NCBI GenBank assembly: GCA_016125035.1
Contig: WGMN01000016.1
Coordinates: 1,554 to 65,553, forward strand
Source of the DNA: Pseudomonadota bacterium
GTDB taxonomy: Bacteria > Pseudomonadota > Alphaproteobacteria > UBA2136 > UBA6156
Length of the DNA stretch: 64,000 bases
Direction: 5' to 3'
Shown here: positions 59,948 to 64,000 of the stretch, one piece after another
Layout of the letters: every line of letters starts with the position of its first letter
How positions within the stretch are numbered: position 1 is the stretch's first letter
Position numbers and translations under genes: made by a program
Notes under the pieces: generated by a model
What the model saw: only the letters and a program-made list of their open reading frames with translations
What the model was told of the DNA's origin: nothing
Database searches by the model: none

Positions 59948-60583
59948 TTAAATCCATTTTAACGCGTTAAGTTTATCGTAGACCAGTCCCGTCATCTGCT
60001 CATACCCCTTGGCATTCCAGTGTAGATCATGCGATCTCCACTCATCCCGGGCAAAGCTTTCCGGCACTGGCAAAAATTCAACTCCCACACCACCACATGT
60101 GCGTTCAATCAGCGCCACATGCTCCACAAAATCCTCATGCAGCGGCCCGTTACCATCCACATCCACAAAGTCACGCTCCAAAAAAGCTCCGGGCGTCACC
60201 AAAACTTTCGGGCATATGTTCTTGGCGTTTTTTAACACGATCGGCCAAAAACGCTCCCGGTGATAAAGCGGCAAATGCGGGTTAAACCCATCTGCCTCCT
60301 TAAAGCGCGTAATGTCATTCACGCAGCAACCGATGATCAGCACATCCGGCCGCCGCGCCAACACCTCCCCCAGGCGCAGGTCGATATCGCGGATAGTATC
60401 CCCGGCAATTCCCAAATTATAAACATGGCGCTCTTCCATGCCCCAACTATGGTAGTCGGCGGCATACTGCGGGTGCGTGTCAGGCAGCAAACGCTGACGC
60501 AAACGGCCCACCCAGCCCTCCATGCCCTGCATATCGCCCTCGCCTTCCACCAAGCTGTCCCCCAGGCACACCAACGTCTTCAT
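59948..60583 (-). CDS. SGNH/GDSL-family hydrolase
   Basis: Start at MKTLVCLGDSLVEG (GDS block I). ATGA overlap with the upstream NUDIX stop. Confidence 0.75.
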   Translation of the reverse strand: MKTLVCLGDSLVEGEGDMQGMEGWVGRLRQRLLPDTHPQYAADYHSWGMEERHVYNLGIAGDTIRDIDLRLGEVLARRPDVLIIGCCVNDITRFKEADGFNPHLPLYHRERFWPIVLKNAKNICPKVLVTPGAFLERDFVDVDGNGPLHEDFVEHVALIERTCGGVGVEFLPVPESFARDEWRSHDLHWNAKGYEQMTGLVYDKLNALKWI

Positions 60584-61074
60584 GCCAATTGGAACTCCCC
60601 GCTCGCCAACCACGCCTTGTACATCCCCAACGCAGTGGCCGAATACCCAAACATCCCTTTAAAAGCCGTCACCGCCTCATCCACTTCCACCCATTTAAAC
60701 GCGCTGTGCTCATCATCCCCCAGCGCATCGCTGCCCTTCACCTTCACCATAAATACATGGCTCGGGCTCTGGATCTCATGCCCATTCGGGTACTTCAGCG
60801 TGGTCTTCACCGGGTCGGTAATAACCCCGATCATCCGCACCTCAACCGCCTCCACCCCCAGCTCTTCCTTCACCTCACGCCGCGCGCACCCTTCGGCACT
60901 GTCCCCAAGCTCGTAATAACCCCCCACAATGCTCCATGTCCTGGTGTCCGTGCGCAACCCCATCCACACCTTGCCTTCCTCATTCAGAACCACGGCGGTA
61001 ATCCCCGGCCACACCAAAGGCCCACTGCCCCACTTTTGCCGAACCTTCCACAAATCGCTGCCCACAAACGGCAT
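60580..61074 (-). CDS. NUDIX hydrolase
   Basis: Start at MPFVGSDLWK. Nudix box GGYYELGDSAEGCARREVKEELGV. TAATG overlap with the upstream gene. Confidence 0.75.
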   Translation of the reverse strand: MPFVGSDLWKVRQKWGSGPLVWPGITAVVLNEEGKVWMGLRTDTRTWSIVGGYYELGDSAEGCARREVKEELGVEAVEVRMIGVITDPVKTTLKYPNGHEIQSPSHVFMVKVKGSDALGDDEHSAFKWVEVDEAVTAFKGMFGYSATALGMYKAWLASGEFQLA

Positions 61075-61472
61075 TACACGCTCCTCACTTTCCACAGCAC
61101 CACCGCACCTAGCACCAGTAAAACACCCGCCGCCAGCACAAACCCGCGCGCCAAAAGCGTCCAGCCAACCCAGTCGGTGTTCGGCGCCGCGCGCCATATC
61201 ATCACCGCCCACACCAGCGTAATCAGCGCCAGGCCAATCGCATCCGCCACATTCACCATGGTGCCGAGTATCCCCACCGCCTTGGGCAACCCCCCGCCCA
61301 TCTCAGCCATGCGCTCACGCACACCGCCCAACGCATCAAAGCTCAATTTGTACATGGCAATATAGGCAGCCAGAATCACCGCATAAACCCCCTGCCCATA
61401 AACCCAGAAGGCCACCCACAAAGGCAACTCCCCGCGCCACAATACTCCCACGAGATTCTGCAACGGCTCCAT
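61074..61472 (-). CDS. hypothetical integral membrane protein
   Basis: Start at MEPLQNLVGVLW, 132 aa, about 4 transmembrane helices. TAATG overlap with the pdhB stop. Confidence 0.5.
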   Translation of the reverse strand: MEPLQNLVGVLWRGELPLWVAFWVYGQGVYAVILAAYIAMYKLSFDALGGVRERMAEMGGGLPKAVGILGTMVNVADAIGLALITLVWAVMIWRAAPNTDWVGWTLLARGFVLAAGVLLVLGAVVLWKVRSV

Positions 61473-62452
61473 TAGCGCCCCAAAACCTTCTTCACTTCCC
61501 GCACAATATCCACCACCTGCGGCACACACAAAACCTCCAAGTTGCTGGCATAAGGCAACGGCACCGGCAGCTGGCTCATGCGCACCACCGGCCCATCCAA
61601 TTCATCCCAGCAATTGTCACTAATCACAGCCATCACTTCCGCCCCCACACCTGCCGCCGCCCAAGTCTCTTCCAGCACCACCGCACGATGGGTCTTGCTC
61701 ACACTCTTCACAATCTCCTCCACATCCAGCGGGCGCAAACTGCGCAAATCCAGCACCTCGGCATTAATACCCTCTGCCGCCAGTTTCTCCGCCGCCTCGC
61801 GCGCCTTCACCACCATCATGGAATAACCAATAAGCGTCACATCCGTGCCCGCGCGCACCACCTCGGCCTTGCCAATCGGCAGCACAAAATCATCGCCCTC
61901 CGGCACCTCGGCAGAAAGCCCATAAAGCACCTCATGCTCCAAACACACCACCGGCGCATTGTCCCGAATCGCAGCCTTCAAAAGCCCCTTCGCATCACGC
62001 GCATTGGAAGGCGCGATCACCTTCAATCCCGGAATCCCCATATACCAGTTGGCGTAGTCCTGGCTGTGCTGCGCCGCCACGTGCGCGGCCACGCCGTTCA
62101 ACCCGCGGAACACCATCGGGCAGCTCACCTTGCCGCCACTCATGTAATAGGTCTTGGCCGCGCTGTTGATGATATGGTCGGTCGCCAGCATCGCAAAGTT
62201 CCAGGTCATGTATTCCACAATGGGGCGCAACCCGGCCATCGCAGCGCCCACACCAATGCCGGTGAACCCCAGTTCCGCAATCGGCGTATCCACCACCCGC
62301 TCCGGCCCAAACTCCTGCACCATCCCCTGGCTGCACTTGTAGGCACCTTGGTAATCGGCCACCTCCTCACCCATCAACAGCACGTTCTTGTCGCGCCGCA
62401 TCTCCTCGCTCATCGCATCGCGGATAGCCTCACGGTAAGTCATCATCGCCAT
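61472..62452 (-). CDS. pdhB: pyruvate dehydrogenase E1 component beta subunit
   Basis: 326 aa. MTYREAIRDAM...VVDTPIAELGFTGIGVGAA, typical transketolase-like pyrimidine-binding and C-terminal domains. Confidence 0.93.
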   Translation of the reverse strand: MAMMTYREAIRDAMSEEMRRDKNVLLMGEEVADYQGAYKCSQGMVQEFGPERVVDTPIAELGFTGIGVGAAMAGLRPIVEYMTWNFAMLATDHIINSAAKTYYMSGGKVSCPMVFRGLNGVAAHVAAQHSQDYANWYMGIPGLKVIAPSNARDAKGLLKAAIRDNAPVVCLEHEVLYGLSAEVPEGDDFVLPIGKAEVVRAGTDVTLIGYSMMVVKAREAAEKLAAEGINAEVLDLRSLRPLDVEEIVKSVSKTHRAVVLEETWAAAGVGAEVMAVISDNCWDELDGPVVRMSQLPVPLPYASNLEVLCVPQVVDIVREVKKVLGR

Positions 62453-62464
62453 CGTTAAATCTCC

Positions 62465-63613
62465 TTATTCCGGCACCACATCGGTAAACAATTCGCCCAC
62501 ATCCGTGCGCGGCGCAGTGGTCGCAATCTCCGCCACCTTGTTCACCTCCGCCTTCACTTCGTCGTCGAACTTCTCAAACTCCGCCTCCTTCATCCCCAGC
62601 GCATCCATCATGTATTTCTGCATCCGCGCGATAGGGTCACGCGCCTCGCGCACACAGTCCACATCCTCACGCGTGCGGTACTTCGCCGGGTCGCTCATGC
62701 TGTGCCCACGGTAGCGGTAGGTGTCCATCTCCAGCAGATAAGGCCCCTTCCCCGCACGGCAGTGCTCGGCGGCCCTGCGGCAAGCCTCCACAGAGGCAAA
62801 AAAGTCCATCCCATCCACCTTCTCACCGGGTATGCCGAACGGCTCGCCACGCCGCCACAACTCCCCCGCCGCCGCACGCGGCACGCTGGTGCCCATGCCC
62901 CACTGGTTGTTCTCGATCACAAACACCACCGGCAGCTTCCACAGCGCCGCCATGTTAAAGCTCTCAAACACCTGCCCGGCATTCACCGCACCGTCTCCCA
63001 TAAAGGTGAAGCACACCCGCATTTCCTCCCCACGCGGCGAAGCCGCGCCCGAATCCCGAATCCCGAATCCCGAATCCCGTGCCTGGTACTTCCGCGCAAA
63101 AGCAATCCCCGCGCCCAGCGGCACCTGCGCCGCCACAATCCCATGCCCGCCCCAAAAGCCTTTGCTGGGCTCAAACATGTGCATGGAGCCGCCCTTACCT
63201 TTGCTGATCCCCAACTGCCGCCCGGTCAGCTCGCCCATCACCTGCTCGCCACTCAACCCGCACACCAAACCCAACGCGTGGCAACGGTAGCTGGTAATGT
63301 AATCATCGCCTTCTTTCCCCCCCGCCTTGGCACCCGCCGCCACCGCTTCCTGGCCAATATAAAGGTGGCAGAACCCCGCAATCTCCCCCTGCTGATAAAG
63401 GCTCGCCGCCTTCTCTTCAAAACGCCGCATGTAAAGCATCTGGCGATACCACCCCAGCAAGGCTTTTTTATCCAGGCCCAACACCTCATGGGGCATGTTT
63501 TTGCCTTTCACTACTTTCAAGCCATCGGCGGGGGCTTTCCCCGCACCTGCATCCTGTTCACGCGCGCGCATGGTCTGTCTTATCCTTATTAAGATGCGCG
63601 CATCCTGCCCCAA
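62465..63613 (-). CDS. pdhA: pyruvate dehydrogenase E1 component alpha subunit
   Basis: ThDP motif GDGAVNAGQVFES...NN, and YRYRGHSMSDP. The start is uncertain (an alternative is M15 at 63571). Carries an in-frame repeat insertion. Confidence 0.9.
   Translation of the reverse strand: MGQDARILIRIRQTMRAREQDAGAGKAPADGLKVVKGKNMPHEVLGLDKKALLGWYRQMLYMRRFEEKAASLYQQGEIAGFCHLYIGQEAVAAGAKAGGKEGDDYITSYRCHALGLVCGLSGEQVMGELTGRQLGISKGKGGSMHMFEPSKGFWGGHGIVAAQVPLGAGIAFARKYQARDSGFGIRDSGAASPRGEEMRVCFTFMGDGAVNAGQVFESFNMAALWKLPVVFVIENNQWGMGTSVPRAAAGELWRRGEPFGIPGEKVDGMDFFASVEACRRAAEHCRAGKGPYLLEMDTYRYRGHSMSDPAKYRTREDVDCVREARDPIARMQKYMMDALGMKEAEFEKFDDEVKAEVNKVAEIATTAPRTDVGELFTDVVPE
63048..63079. repeat. heptamer tandem repeat CCCGAAT x4.5 (coding sense ATTCGGG), in frame in pdhA
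   Basis: cccgaatcccgaatcccgaatcccgaatcccg encodes ARDSGFGIRDSG, immediately before the ThDP-binding GDG motif region. Confidence 0.9.
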
Positions 63614-63877
63614 CCACGCGCCGCAACCAACAAAAAAAGTTTGTGCAACGCAGCAAAAACCCGCAGATTTCCAAGCATTTCGTCATACCATGCAACAAAA
63701 AGTTGCGCCGGAGGCTGCAAAAGCGTGGCAATTTTAGCACTAAAGCCCAGCACTCCTCCAAAAGCTGAGCACAACCATACGTTTATCTTCCCTTGCTCAA
63801 CCAACAGGCATCCACCAACATAATGCCGATCTCAGTGCCATTTCGGCCCATTCCCCAGGGGGATAAAGGAGTACCGC

Positions 63878-64000
63878 ATGTCGTGTACCAATGCGCGCCC
63901 GCTTACCCGCAAACAACACCTCGGCCGCATGCGCCAACGCATAGAGGAACGCAGCAGCGCCATCAACGGGCTCGTCACCATCGGCATCAAGCCTATCCCA
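63878..64000 (+). CDS. 5' end of a hypothetical gene truncated by the window edge
   Basis: ATG at 63878 with AAAGGAG upstream. MSCTNARPLTRKQHLGRMRQRIEERSSAINGLV... Confidence 0.3.
   Translation, partial: MSCTNARPLTRKQHLGRMRQRIEERSSAINGLVTIGIKPIP

Noticed and set aside
8607-63079. Short tandem repeat tracts as CRISPR arrays or as phase-variation homopolymer switches.
   Set aside because: The units are only 7-8 nt, contiguous with no spacers, at most 5 copies, and mostly inside intact ORFs. There are no cas genes. They do not fit CRISPR. A phase-variation role is not excluded, but it is unsupported because all tracts are in frame.

Overview
This is a GC-rich bacterial chromosomal window. The gene order (pal-cpoB-tilS-ftsH, pdhA-pdhB-pdhC-lpdA-lipA, lolC/E-lolD, gltA, dnaE, a short class-II ProRS) looks alphaproteobacterium-like, but that cannot be proven from the sequence alone. 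I support about 60 CDS, one tRNA-Met(CAT) with a rearranged partial copy beside it, many intrinsic terminators, and two long non-coding stretches that look like structured RNA.

The housekeeping core is tatD, asnB, rpe, comEC, gltX, gltA, dnaE, lolD, lolC/E, proS, glmM, ftsH, tilS, cpoB, pal, icd, alaS, lipA, lpdA, pdhC, pdhB and pdhA. It is interspersed with many small orphan genes, often secreted or membrane proteins.

Main observations:
1. A translationally coupled three-gene operon at 34408-36837. It encodes an XRE helix-turn-helix domain fused to a form-I-like RuBisCO large subunit whose catalytic and metal-binding residues are all replaced, then a CDA-fold deaminase, then a clear RuBisCO small-subunit (RbcS) homolog. 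A perfect palindrome overlaps its probable leaderless promoter. I am not aware of any description of such a system.
2. At least 14 loci carry 3-5 tandem copies of a 7-nt or 8-nt unit. The units fall into a few sequence families that recur at unlinked sites. Most are inserted in frame inside essential or conserved genes (dnaE, ftsH, pdhA, pdhC, lpdA, lolC/E and others), where they encode short hydrophilic periodic peptides.
3. Two paralogous four-helix-bundle (23S-IVS/Avd-like) genes sit inside the lol and pdh-lipA operons. Each is immediately preceded by one of these repeat tracts.
4. A conserved element of about 30 nt with a GTATAC core precedes several orphan gene modules.

All functional calls come from reading the translated ORFs and from motif memory. 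No database search was run.
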